From positions 1 through 28,843 of the forward strand of contig JAFGOT010000003.1 of the NCBI GenBank assembly GCA_016926395.1: a stretch of 28,843 nucleotides of DNA, given 5' to 3'. Under the pieces are notes generated by a model. That model saw nothing but the letters and a program-made list of their open reading frames with translations. It searched no databases and had not been told where the DNA came from. A program made the position numbers and the translations under genes. The DNA comes from Candidatus Woesearchaeota archaeon. Lineage in GTDB: Archaea; Nanobdellota; Nanobdellia; Woesearchaeales; SKGA01. Shown piece by piece: positions 16,805-25,531 of the stretch (position 1 is the stretch's first letter; each line of letters begins with the position of its first letter).

Positions 16805-17674
16805 ATGAGAAATCCAATAGCTAACAAAACACATTATCCAAACGGAATTACACTTCTAGATAAAAAATTCGAAGATTTATTTGAAGGACCTAGAGGTCCG
16901 GGCTCACTTCCTCTAAAAAAATCATTCGAAGAAAATACCAAACCAGTCAAAGCAATCATCGTTCCACACGCACCATATGACTTAGCAGGTTCTGCAATGG
17001 CATGGGGATATAAATCTCTGGCGGAAGAAGGAATCGATTCCAATCTTTACATAATATTTGCTCAAAGTCAAACCAGTCAAGAAGAAGGTGTAACGATGCA
17101 AACTTTTCAAACACCTTATGGTGAAGTTAGAACCGATCAAACATTCATCAGATCTTTGATGGAGAAGGGGCATTTAAAGGCTAACGACAGGCTTCATGAA
17201 GAAGAGTCGACTATTGAAATACAACTTCCGTTTTTACAATATATTAACAAATTTTCTATGGAAAAAGTAAAGATAGTTCCAATAATAGTAAACTCTCAAA
17301 CAGATTTTGGAGAATTAGCAGTTGATATAAAAGAAACATTAGTAGAACAGGGCAAAGAAGCAACATTTATTTTTGTTTCAAACTTAACTTCTTATGGACG
17401 AAATTTCAAATACGTTCCTTTTACAGAACAGATACCTGAAAACATTGCTCATGTTGATAAACAATTTATTCAAGCGATTCAAGAAACAAACAAAGACAAA
17501 TTTGAATTAGCACTAAAAGATACTTTAGCACCAATATCTGGATATTACGCTCTCTTGATGTTTTTCTCTATATGCAAGGGAGATGAGGTTCTTTTAGAAC
17601 AAAATTATTTGTCCGGGGATATAAATAATAATTATTTAACAACCGTAAGTTATGCAAGCTTTGTTGTGAGGTAA
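16805..17674 (+). CDS. MEMO1 / AmmeMemoRadiSam protein B family homologue with degenerate metal site
   Basis: MRNP...HYP, IIVPHAPY, FQTPYGEV, EESTIEIQLPFLQ, IVPIIV, SNLTSYG, SGD...TVSYAS are collinear with the MEMO fold. Confidence 0.85.
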   Translation: MRNPIANKTHYPNGITLLDKKFEDLFEGPRGPGSLPLKKSFEENTKPVKAIIVPHAPYDLAGSAMAWGYKSLAEEGIDSNLYIIFAQSQTSQEEGVTMQTFQTPYGEVRTDQTFIRSLMEKGHLKANDRLHEEESTIEIQLPFLQYINKFSMEKVKIVPIIVNSQTDFGELAVDIKETLVEQGKEATFIFVSNLTSYGRNFKYVPFTEQIPENIAHVDKQFIQAIQETNKDKFELALKDTLAPISGYYALLMFFSICKGDEVLLEQNYLSGDINNNYLTTVSYASFVVR

Positions 17675-17685
17675 GCTTTATATAT
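17673..17685 (+). promoter_or_regulatory. BRE-TATA candidate overlapping the MEMO-like stop codon
   Basis: AAGCTTTATATAT, identical to 10591-10603. The TATA box ends 25 nt before TTG 17710. Confidence 0.5.
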
Positions 17686-17709
17686 TGAGTTTCTTCATCA
17701 ATACATGAG

Positions 17710-20700
17710 TTGAATAAAAGAGCACATTCTCAAAAAAAACCGGTCTTTTTTGGTCTTTCTTTTTTACAAAGTAAAAAAGCACAAGTTACCATATTTGTTA
17801 TACTTGGCATTGTTTTCTTATTTTTAGCTTCATTCATTATGTATTTGACTCAACTTTCTGCTCAAAATAAATTAGAAGACCAAGCTCAAGAAATGATAAG
17901 TGAATTTACTGATTTACGAGACGTTCAAGATTATACTCTTTTAGCTTTAGCAAATGCTGGAAATGATGCAATTGAAAAAATATTGCTTGAAGGAGGGTAC
18001 TTAACAGACGATCTTCCACCTTCTATGGAAGGAAGGAGATATTTACCATATACTTACACACAACTATTGCACGATGGCCGTGTTGTAACTACTTCATCTA
18101 AAGTTTATTATGGTGTTGTAGAACAAGTTCCTTGTCTTTTGTTTACTGCTCCAGCACCAAATATTTTAATTGAAAATACTAGTTTTTATCCAGTAAAATA
18201 TGAGTGGCTTGAAAATTACTATTCTCGTTATAATTCTTTAATTTCACAATCTGGTTGTATTCCTTATCAATTAAATAATGCTGTTTATAGTGGTTTTATG
18301 GGTGGTTATGAATTACCTGCTCTTTGTTCATATGACGGACCAAATGCAAATAATAATGCTGCATTTTGCGGGGCATATCAATATGATTACTATTATAATC
18401 AAAATGCTATACAACGACAATTAGAAGAATATATTCAAACGAATTTACATAGATACATCAACGTAACATACTTTGAAAGAAGAGGAACAAATCTGAGTTT
18501 TGATTTTAATCAATCAAATATAACTGTTTTTTACAAAAATCCAACGGGCGTAGTTATAACACTAAAATTTTTAGCAGGAGTAGATGTTGGTGGTCATATG
18601 GTGGAGCGAGAGGTGTCGTTTAGTTCCGAAATCGATGGTTCTTTTAGACAACTCCATGCTTATGTACAAGAATTACTTATGAAAGCATTAAAAGATCCTT
18701 ACTTTAATATATCTAGAGATTGGAACAACACTGCTGTTCTTTTAAATTATAATCCAACATTTAGAATGTATATTAATGAACATGTTTGTATGCAACAAGA
18801 CAACTGTTTGTTTGGTCAGTCAATGGATGATGACATATACACTTTTGTTGATTCTATTCATTTGGTAAATAACCGTCCATTAACATTAAATGTGGCAGTT
18901 CAAAACAGAAGACCAATTCTTGATTTTATCCATGATACTGGTTATGATAATGCAATTGCAGGATACCAACTCGATAAACAATATTACACAAACGCGACTT
19001 TACTAATCGATCCATATGCAATAGATCCTGACTTAGATAACATAACTTATACTTATTATGGTTGGAAACAAAATTACAATCAATATTTAAACGAAACTTG
19101 TTGTGAAGATATTGGCGGATGTAACATAACAAACCATGTTAGGTGTTACCTACCAACAGAGTTAATTCTTGATGATAATCCTGTTGCATTGATGAATTCT
19201 GAACTTTATAGGGCAACAAATAAATCTGTAAGTTATCAACTAAATGAAACAGACACGGGATTTCACAATATAACTTTAGTTGTACAAGATGAACATGGTT
19301 TGATGGATTTTCAAATAATAAAAATATTGGTTTTTGATCTGCCAAAAGCAATACTCAATTTTACAAATGGTTTTATAGATATTAATGATGGTTTCGCTTC
19401 AATAGAAGATTTTTTTATTCTAAACGCGAGCGGTTCTCAAGCGTCTTCTTTTATTGGTGGAGGATTTTCAAAAATAATGTTTTTAGATGATGATGAACCT
19501 TTTCAACCTCCAATTATTATTCAAGATTTAGAGTACGAATTGCCTGGTGAGGGATATGATATTACAAACATAACGAGGGGATATTTTAATTTTAGTTCTC
19601 TTGAAGGAGAAACATCAAAACGACACAATGTACGATTGATAGTTGCTCAACAAGTAGAGGACGGACAAGAAATTCAAAGTCCACCAGATATAAAAGAACT
19701 AAATGTGTCGGAATGTTTACCTCATGGATTGACAGTTATGAACGTTGGTTCTGATTCTTTAAGAAATCAACTTCAAAGGTACAGTTTTGATGAAGACATT
19801 TCTAACACTTGGCCATATCCGTATAAAACAACAGGTAAACCATCACACATTTGTTGTGTTCCAACAGATACAACTCGTCCTTTAAATAATCTATCCGGTG
19901 GAGAATTTGCTCGTAATGATCAAATTTGTTTTGAAAAATCTTTTACAACTGTTTATCCATTTGCGCAGTATGGTGAGATGAAATATTTAAGAGATGCTGT
20001 AGTTGAAGAATCTGATGGAGTTTTAGATGCTGATTTTGATTCTAGACTCTTAGGCCAATATCCGGGACGAAATTTGCCTATACTGCCAACAAATCCAAAA
20101 TTTAATGATATATACAACATGAAAATAACTCAAAGTTGTAGTGGAAACAGAGGAAATGTCTGTAGTGGTGAGATTAGACTAAGCTATCCTCAAACGCCTT
20201 GTGCTGATATAACTCATCCAACATATCAATTTGCAAGATGTCAAATGCCCGGTTATTATGGTTATGTTCACGATTATGATCAAGCAGGAGAAGAAGTTAA
20301 CGATGCCTCTATGTGTATGAATTTAAATCAAAACACTTTCGAATTAAATTTTTATAATTCCTTGCCTGATGATATGAAACGTGATTTTTTAGATGCGATA
20401 GATAATGTTCCGCATTTTGATGAAGAATTATTTTTAGGTGGTTATTGCGGAACGAGTGATGAATTTAATCTAAATGAAAATGCAGAGCTAGAACCTGCTA
20501 ATGATGGTGTTTTTGAGTGCAAAGCGACTTGCTTTGGAACACAAGGTTGTTCATATACTCAAAATGATGAATGTGAATGTAATGATAATGGAGACGAGGA
20601 ATGTGTTGGTGAAAATCCAATAAGTGCAAACCAATTTTTTAATAGTGATGGAAAGGAGTATTATGTTTGTAAAGATGATGGTGCGTGTGATAGAACGTGT

Positions 20701-21165
20701 GGTTTTAATTCAGTTTTCACTAATTTTAATGTTGGTAATTTTAATCCTACAAAGGGTGCTTGTTTTTGTGCCATTGAACAAACAAACAGAGTTCCTAAGA
20801 ATCCAGGCTCTAGCTATGATCCTCCAAATACAGATTTGACTCGTGCACAAATTGAATACTATTTTGTAGGTCCTTGGAAAGCATATTCCATTGAAGGAAA
20901 TAAGCCTGAAATAAACACTCGTTGTTGTATGGAAGGGGTGTTGATTCGTTCTCAAGCTCCTCATCGTCCTCTTTGTTATGATGGCGTCGAATACTCAACA
21001 GGTGCTCGTCTTCCAGAACCAAATTTATTGTTCTGCAATAGTCAACTATATTTTTGTAGAACTGACTCTCAAACACCGCCTTATGATGCAATTCCTATGC
21101 AAGAAAGTGATGATATTCTTTGTGGTCACAAATGTTCTGCGAATTACTGGTTTGATGTGACTTAA
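17710..21165 (+). CDS. Large surface protein with class III (type IV pilin-like) signal peptide, Ig/PKD-like domain and Cys-rich C-terminus (1151 aa)
   Basis: TTG start. KKAQ followed by hydrophobic VTIFVILGIVFLFLASFIMYL. NRRPIL...DPYAIDPDLDNITYTY Ig/PKD-like motif. Many N-x-S/T sequons. Cys-rich last third. Confidence 0.8.
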   Translation: MNKRAHSQKKPVFFGLSFLQSKKAQVTIFVILGIVFLFLASFIMYLTQLSAQNKLEDQAQEMISEFTDLRDVQDYTLLALANAGNDAIEKILLEGGYLTDDLPPSMEGRRYLPYTYTQLLHDGRVVTTSSKVYYGVVEQVPCLLFTAPAPNILIENTSFYPVKYEWLENYYSRYNSLISQSGCIPYQLNNAVYSGFMGGYELPALCSYDGPNANNNAAFCGAYQYDYYYNQNAIQRQLEEYIQTNLHRYINVTYFERRGTNLSFDFNQSNITVFYKNPTGVVITLKFLAGVDVGGHMVEREVSFSSEIDGSFRQLHAYVQELLMKALKDPYFNISRDWNNTAVLLNYNPTFRMYINEHVCMQQDNCLFGQSMDDDIYTFVDSIHLVNNRPLTLNVAVQNRRPILDFIHDTGYDNAIAGYQLDKQYYTNATLLIDPYAIDPDLDNITYTYYGWKQNYNQYLNETCCEDIGGCNITNHVRCYLPTELILDDNPVALMNSELYRATNKSVSYQLNETDTGFHNITLVVQDEHGLMDFQIIKILVFDLPKAILNFTNGFIDINDGFASIEDFFILNASGSQASSFIGGGFSKIMFLDDDEPFQPPIIIQDLEYELPGEGYDITNITRGYFNFSSLEGETSKRHNVRLIVAQQVEDGQEIQSPPDIKELNVSECLPHGLTVMNVGSDSLRNQLQRYSFDEDISNTWPYPYKTTGKPSHICCVPTDTTRPLNNLSGGEFARNDQICFEKSFTTVYPFAQYGEMKYLRDAVVEESDGVLDADFDSRLLGQYPGRNLPILPTNPKFNDIYNMKITQSCSGNRGNVCSGEIRLSYPQTPCADITHPTYQFARCQMPGYYGYVHDYDQAGEEVNDASMCMNLNQNTFELNFYNSLPDDMKRDFLDAIDNVPHFDEELFLGGYCGTSDEFNLNENAELEPANDGVFECKATCFGTQGCSYTQNDECECNDNGDEECVGENPISANQFFNSDGKEYYVCKDDGACDRTCGFNSVFTNFNVGNFNPTKGACFCAIEQTNRVPKNPGSSYDPPNTDLTRAQIEYYFVGPWKAYSIEGNKPEINTRCCMEGVLIRSQAPHRPLCYDGVEYSTGARLPEPNLLFCNSQLYFCRTDSQTPPYDAIPMQESDDILCGHKCSANYWFDVT

Positions 21166-21180
21166 ACGATTTTTTTAAGG

Positions 21181-21194
21181 AAAAGATTTATAAA
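21181..21194 (+). promoter_or_regulatory. BRE-TATA promoter of the ~1417-aa gene
   Basis: AAAAGA + TTTATAAA (21187-21194), preceded by a T7 run at 21170-21176. GGGGTG RBS at 21250-21255. Confidence 0.55.
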
Positions 21195-21263
21195 TGAATT
21201 CTGGCTGAATCAAGGTTGAACTAGCTCTAATGCTAGAAGGGTGTGTTAAGGGGTGCTTATATC

Positions 21264-24200
21264 GTGAAAAAATCAATATTATTCTTATTTTTGGCTTTAT
21301 TATTGCTTGTAGGAGTTGCTAGCGCGGCTTATTCTGAAAAATGTTGTGTTAAATCTTATATTCCACCTGGAGACGCTGCACCCATCTTAGTTACAGACCC
21401 TTGCCCAGTTGGTTATTATAATTATGTGAGCTGTTTTGATCCTAGTATTCAAAAATATAAAGACGATGCTGATGATGTAGGTTGTTGTTGTCTTGACGGA
21501 ACAGTTTATAATGTTGAAGGTGGCAACCCGTCATTTCCACAATACACTTCAGTAAAATATTGTGAAGCTTTAGGATATATTTCTAAGCCTGTTGAAGATA
21601 GTAATTGTGCAGAAGTTTGTAGCACAGCAACAGAAACAAACATCAACCTTAATGATTATTATGTAACTGTTACTGGTTATGTTTATGTTGACTTACCTGA
21701 TCAAGAACCTTATCTATATGAAGACGGAGCAATCATAGCTTCGATGTATGATTATGCAGAGGTTACAACTGATTCGAACGGCCATTATAGTTTAGGAAGA
21801 ACCCCTGGAGATCCTATGGGTTCAAATGAATTTAGAGCTAACATTCCATATGGAAGAGAAATAGGTTGTACTCCGGCTGTCGTTAACAAAGTTTTAACTG
21901 AAAACACCGAAATTAATTTTACTTTAACATGTTGGGAACAAACACCTGATTGTACGCCAACTTGGATTTATTCACAATGGAGTGAGTGTTATCCTTTTGA
22001 TGGGTATTTTTATCAAATAAGAACTGCTACGGACGAGGCTAACAACGGTCTAGGCTGCGGTAATACTATTGGACTTTTACCTCTAAAAAAAGTTTGTGAA
22101 GGAACAATAAGTTATGGAGATTGTGGAAATAATGTTTTTGATGAGGGAACAACAGAACAATGTGACATTGTAAATGATCAAGAAAAATTTTTACATCCAA
22201 CAGAAAAAACAGTTCTTAATGAATTATCTTGTAAAGAAGTTGACGATGCATATCAAGCAGGAAATGTAGGTTGTAGTTCTACTTGTACTTATGATTATTC
22301 AGAATGTGAGCTAACTTGTAACCCTAATGTTTGTAGAAATAAAGTTGATTGTGATAATGAATGTGGTGCTTGTGAAGGAAATACTGTTGTTTGTGGAGAT
22401 CCTTGCGATGATGCAAAACCAGAGTTTTTAGATTTGTGGAGAAATGAAACAGAAAATCCTTTGTTTAGCGAATCAAGAAATGTTTATGATTTGTACGATT
22501 TAATGGAACCAACTTTAACTCCTGCTCCAGTGTTATACAACGAAACAACATCTAATGTGAGATTACAATGGTATTATGATGGTCAATGTACGGCATCTAT
22601 TTATGGTTTTAAATTGATAGTTTGTGAAGAATCTGCAGAGGGTTCTAATACGTGTAAAGCAAACACTAAGCAAGAAATTTTAGTAACTACTCCTGGAAAA
22701 ACCGAAGAATGGATAAATGGTGTTCTAAAGCCACAAACTTCTTTTTGTTATAATGTATGTGCATTAAATGAAGATGGATCATCTTCCTGTGCAATAAATA
22801 ATACTGAACTTTGGCCTTGCTTTATGACTGGTGATGAAGAATGTATGACTGACACTCACGAACCAGGATTAAATTGTAAGTACGATGCAACTTTGGATCA
22901 AATAGTTCCTCAAGGTTGTAGCAGACATCCAGATTATGGTTATACTAATTTAACATTAAAAGCTCCAAGCACTATTGAATGCTCAGGAAAAATATGTGTA
23001 GAAACAACATATGATAATACTGCAGGTCCTAATTATGTTGGTGCTACTTGCGTTACCCCAGCTGTTTGTGGAACATGTAATGGTCTGTTTGGAATATATG
23101 CGGGTTATGATTTATTTACAAAAATAGAAATCTCTAATGAAAATGGAGTTGCAAATTATGAATCAGTCGGGTGTTCAGAATTACAATATAGTTTTATGAA
23201 TGCTCCTGAAGATGTTCCTGAAGTCGGAACAAATTATGTTGGTTTATGCTACAAAGATTCGACAAGAACTTCTTTTGATCAATTTGATACTTGTGAAGCA
23301 GTGACTTCTTGTTATAATTACAAAAGTAAAGCTGCATGTGAGAATGATCCTTGCTTTAAATTTACTGATATGCGTGGAGAATCTCCAGTTAATGGTTGTG
23401 AGTGGAATCCACTAACAACAAAAGATTCTAACGGAAATGATGTTGATGAATTAAGTCTTGGTGTTTGCGCACCCGTAAAAGAAGAACTGCAAGTATGTGG
23501 ATTATGTGATACTGTGGCTCCAACAAATTTTTGTACCAATCAAGAATGCGGATTATATGGTTCTTGTTACTTTAAAGATGAAGAATATCATGGCCGAGGA
23601 TTGTTTGAACCTCTAAAAGAGATTGTTTTAGGCGATACAAGAAACAGTTATGTTGATTTAGTTCCTACGTGTTTACGAGAGGATGATGTTGCTTGTTATT
23701 TTTATGATTCTCAAGAAGAGTGCGAAGGAGAAAATCATCCTGTATCTGTAGATGTAATTTATGATGATACTGGAATTGTTGGTCATCAAGCAACCAGAGT
23801 GTTTGGTTCAAATGCCGTAACAAGATCAGCCGACTTACTAAACATAGGTCTTTGTAGATGGAATGCAGATTCAACGGAAGAAAGATTAATCGGTTGTGTA
23901 AAAGATGCTGATGGTTCGCAACAAGTAGAACTTGCAGAATTAAAAGATGATTGTGCAAGTAGTACTTTGGCTACAAAAGGACTTGATTGTTTAAAAGATA
24001 AAACACCACCTACCACAGACATAATATTTAAAGAACCAGAGCAAGCATCAGAAATAAATGGAAATATGATTCCAGTGTATGGTCTTGGTGAAACTGCAGA
24101 AATGGATTTCCCAGCGAGCGACGATGTTTCAACATCAGAAGAAGTTATAACCCGAGCAGCATTTTTGAATCTAGATGTTTGTGGTGGTTGTATACCTGAC

Positions 24201-25517
24201 TTTGTTATTGGGAATTTATCCTTGCCGAGTAGCTTACAAATACCAAATAAAAACATAGACACAATACGAGCTTGCTATGAAAAAGGATGTGAATTATATC
24301 CTCAAAGAAAAATAGAACCAACAAATCCTTGGTTTAAAAAATTTAATGATTTGGAAAGCGGAGAATATGCTCTTCTTTATTATTCAGAAGACAAATCACA
24401 TAATTTAGAAGTTATGAAAATGAAACACCTTTACGTTGATAACTCTTCTCCAATCATAACTATTGATGAACCTGTAATAAAATCATTTAAACAAAGCGAA
24501 GATGATTACAAAAGCGATATGAATGTGACTTTCCACACTGACGAAGATAGTGTTTGTGAAGGTAGATTATATGATGTATCAAATCCAGGATGGTCTTTTT
24601 CATCAGGTGACATTATTGCAGAAGGAATGGATTTCCAAACAAGTTACTTAAAACTTCTTGATGGTTATTATACTTTTGTTGTGGCTTGCGTTGATGAATA
24701 TCAAAATGTCGGAATTGCAAGTCGAGAAATAGAAGTTCAAGGCGACATGAGCATAAGAGACCCAAGACCGCGAGGAAAAGTTTTCAACCTTCCATCTGAT
24801 GTTGTATTATCGATCAATACAAGCACAGAAGCTACTGCTTGCTATTACTCGATGGACAGATATGATTACCCTGAAGAACAAAAATTTGTTTCAATGCCTT
24901 TTGATAGTTCAAAGAATAATCAGTATCATACGCAATCTTTTAGTCAATTCGATTTGAGTCAAGTTGGAACTTGGCTTGGAAATTATGAATTCACACTATT
25001 CACTGCTTGTGACTTTGCTGATGGAAATAGAACAGAAGGAAATTTTGGAGATGTTATTTCTTTTAGTATAGATAATAGATCTCCTGAAACAATGGTTCAA
25101 GTTAAGGAAGGAAATAATTGGGTTGAATTAACAGAAAACCTAAACTTTACTGATGAACGATTGGTGAGAATAACTTGTAGTGATAGAAATGAACTAACTC
25201 CTAATTTATATTTTGGTTGTGATAAAATAAGATATTGCTTTGCAGATCACGTTGACAACTTAGATACTTTCACAGTAAATGACTGTGATGGAAACGAATG
25301 GCTAGAATTAGATAAGGCTACTAGAACAGAAGGAGTAAATGGTACTGTTTATCAAGACATGTTAATTAAAGATGATGATATTGGTGGAGGAAAACGAATT
25401 TACTATTATTCGATTGACAAAGGCGGAAATGTTGAAAGTATAAATCGTAAAAATTTACGAATTAGAGACATAGAATTTGTTGATCCTGAATTTAGATTAT
25501 CAACACTCCAAGAATAA
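21264..25517 (+). CDS. Large Cys-rich secreted multidomain protein (~1417 aa): carboxypeptidase-regulatory-like, TSP1-like, CGN Cys-rich, FN3-like and Ig-like domains
   Basis: GTG 21264 is preferred to GTG 21243 because it lies 8 nt after GGGGTG and gives MKKSILFLFLALLLLVGVASA. Motifs VTGYV...TTDSNGHYS; CTPTWIYSQWSEC; CGNNVFDEGTTEQCD; VRLQW...LKPQTSFCYNVCA; DKTPPTT, DNSSPII, DNRSPET; DKGGN. Confidence 0.85.
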   Translation: MKKSILFLFLALLLLVGVASAAYSEKCCVKSYIPPGDAAPILVTDPCPVGYYNYVSCFDPSIQKYKDDADDVGCCCLDGTVYNVEGGNPSFPQYTSVKYCEALGYISKPVEDSNCAEVCSTATETNINLNDYYVTVTGYVYVDLPDQEPYLYEDGAIIASMYDYAEVTTDSNGHYSLGRTPGDPMGSNEFRANIPYGREIGCTPAVVNKVLTENTEINFTLTCWEQTPDCTPTWIYSQWSECYPFDGYFYQIRTATDEANNGLGCGNTIGLLPLKKVCEGTISYGDCGNNVFDEGTTEQCDIVNDQEKFLHPTEKTVLNELSCKEVDDAYQAGNVGCSSTCTYDYSECELTCNPNVCRNKVDCDNECGACEGNTVVCGDPCDDAKPEFLDLWRNETENPLFSESRNVYDLYDLMEPTLTPAPVLYNETTSNVRLQWYYDGQCTASIYGFKLIVCEESAEGSNTCKANTKQEILVTTPGKTEEWINGVLKPQTSFCYNVCALNEDGSSSCAINNTELWPCFMTGDEECMTDTHEPGLNCKYDATLDQIVPQGCSRHPDYGYTNLTLKAPSTIECSGKICVETTYDNTAGPNYVGATCVTPAVCGTCNGLFGIYAGYDLFTKIEISNENGVANYESVGCSELQYSFMNAPEDVPEVGTNYVGLCYKDSTRTSFDQFDTCEAVTSCYNYKSKAACENDPCFKFTDMRGESPVNGCEWNPLTTKDSNGNDVDELSLGVCAPVKEELQVCGLCDTVAPTNFCTNQECGLYGSCYFKDEEYHGRGLFEPLKEIVLGDTRNSYVDLVPTCLREDDVACYFYDSQEECEGENHPVSVDVIYDDTGIVGHQATRVFGSNAVTRSADLLNIGLCRWNADSTEERLIGCVKDADGSQQVELAELKDDCASSTLATKGLDCLKDKTPPTTDIIFKEPEQASEINGNMIPVYGLGETAEMDFPASDDVSTSEEVITRAAFLNLDVCGGCIPDFVIGNLSLPSSLQIPNKNIDTIRACYEKGCELYPQRKIEPTNPWFKKFNDLESGEYALLYYSEDKSHNLEVMKMKHLYVDNSSPIITIDEPVIKSFKQSEDDYKSDMNVTFHTDEDSVCEGRLYDVSNPGWSFSSGDIIAEGMDFQTSYLKLLDGYYTFVVACVDEYQNVGIASREIEVQGDMSIRDPRPRGKVFNLPSDVVLSINTSTEATACYYSMDRYDYPEEQKFVSMPFDSSKNNQYHTQSFSQFDLSQVGTWLGNYEFTLFTACDFADGNRTEGNFGDVISFSIDNRSPETMVQVKEGNNWVELTENLNFTDERLVRITCSDRNELTPNLYFGCDKIRYCFADHVDNLDTFTVNDCDGNEWLELDKATRTEGVNGTVYQDMLIKDDDIGGGKRIYYYSIDKGGNVESINRKNLRIRDIEFVDPEFRLSTLQE

Positions 25518-25531
25518 AAAGAGGTGTATTT

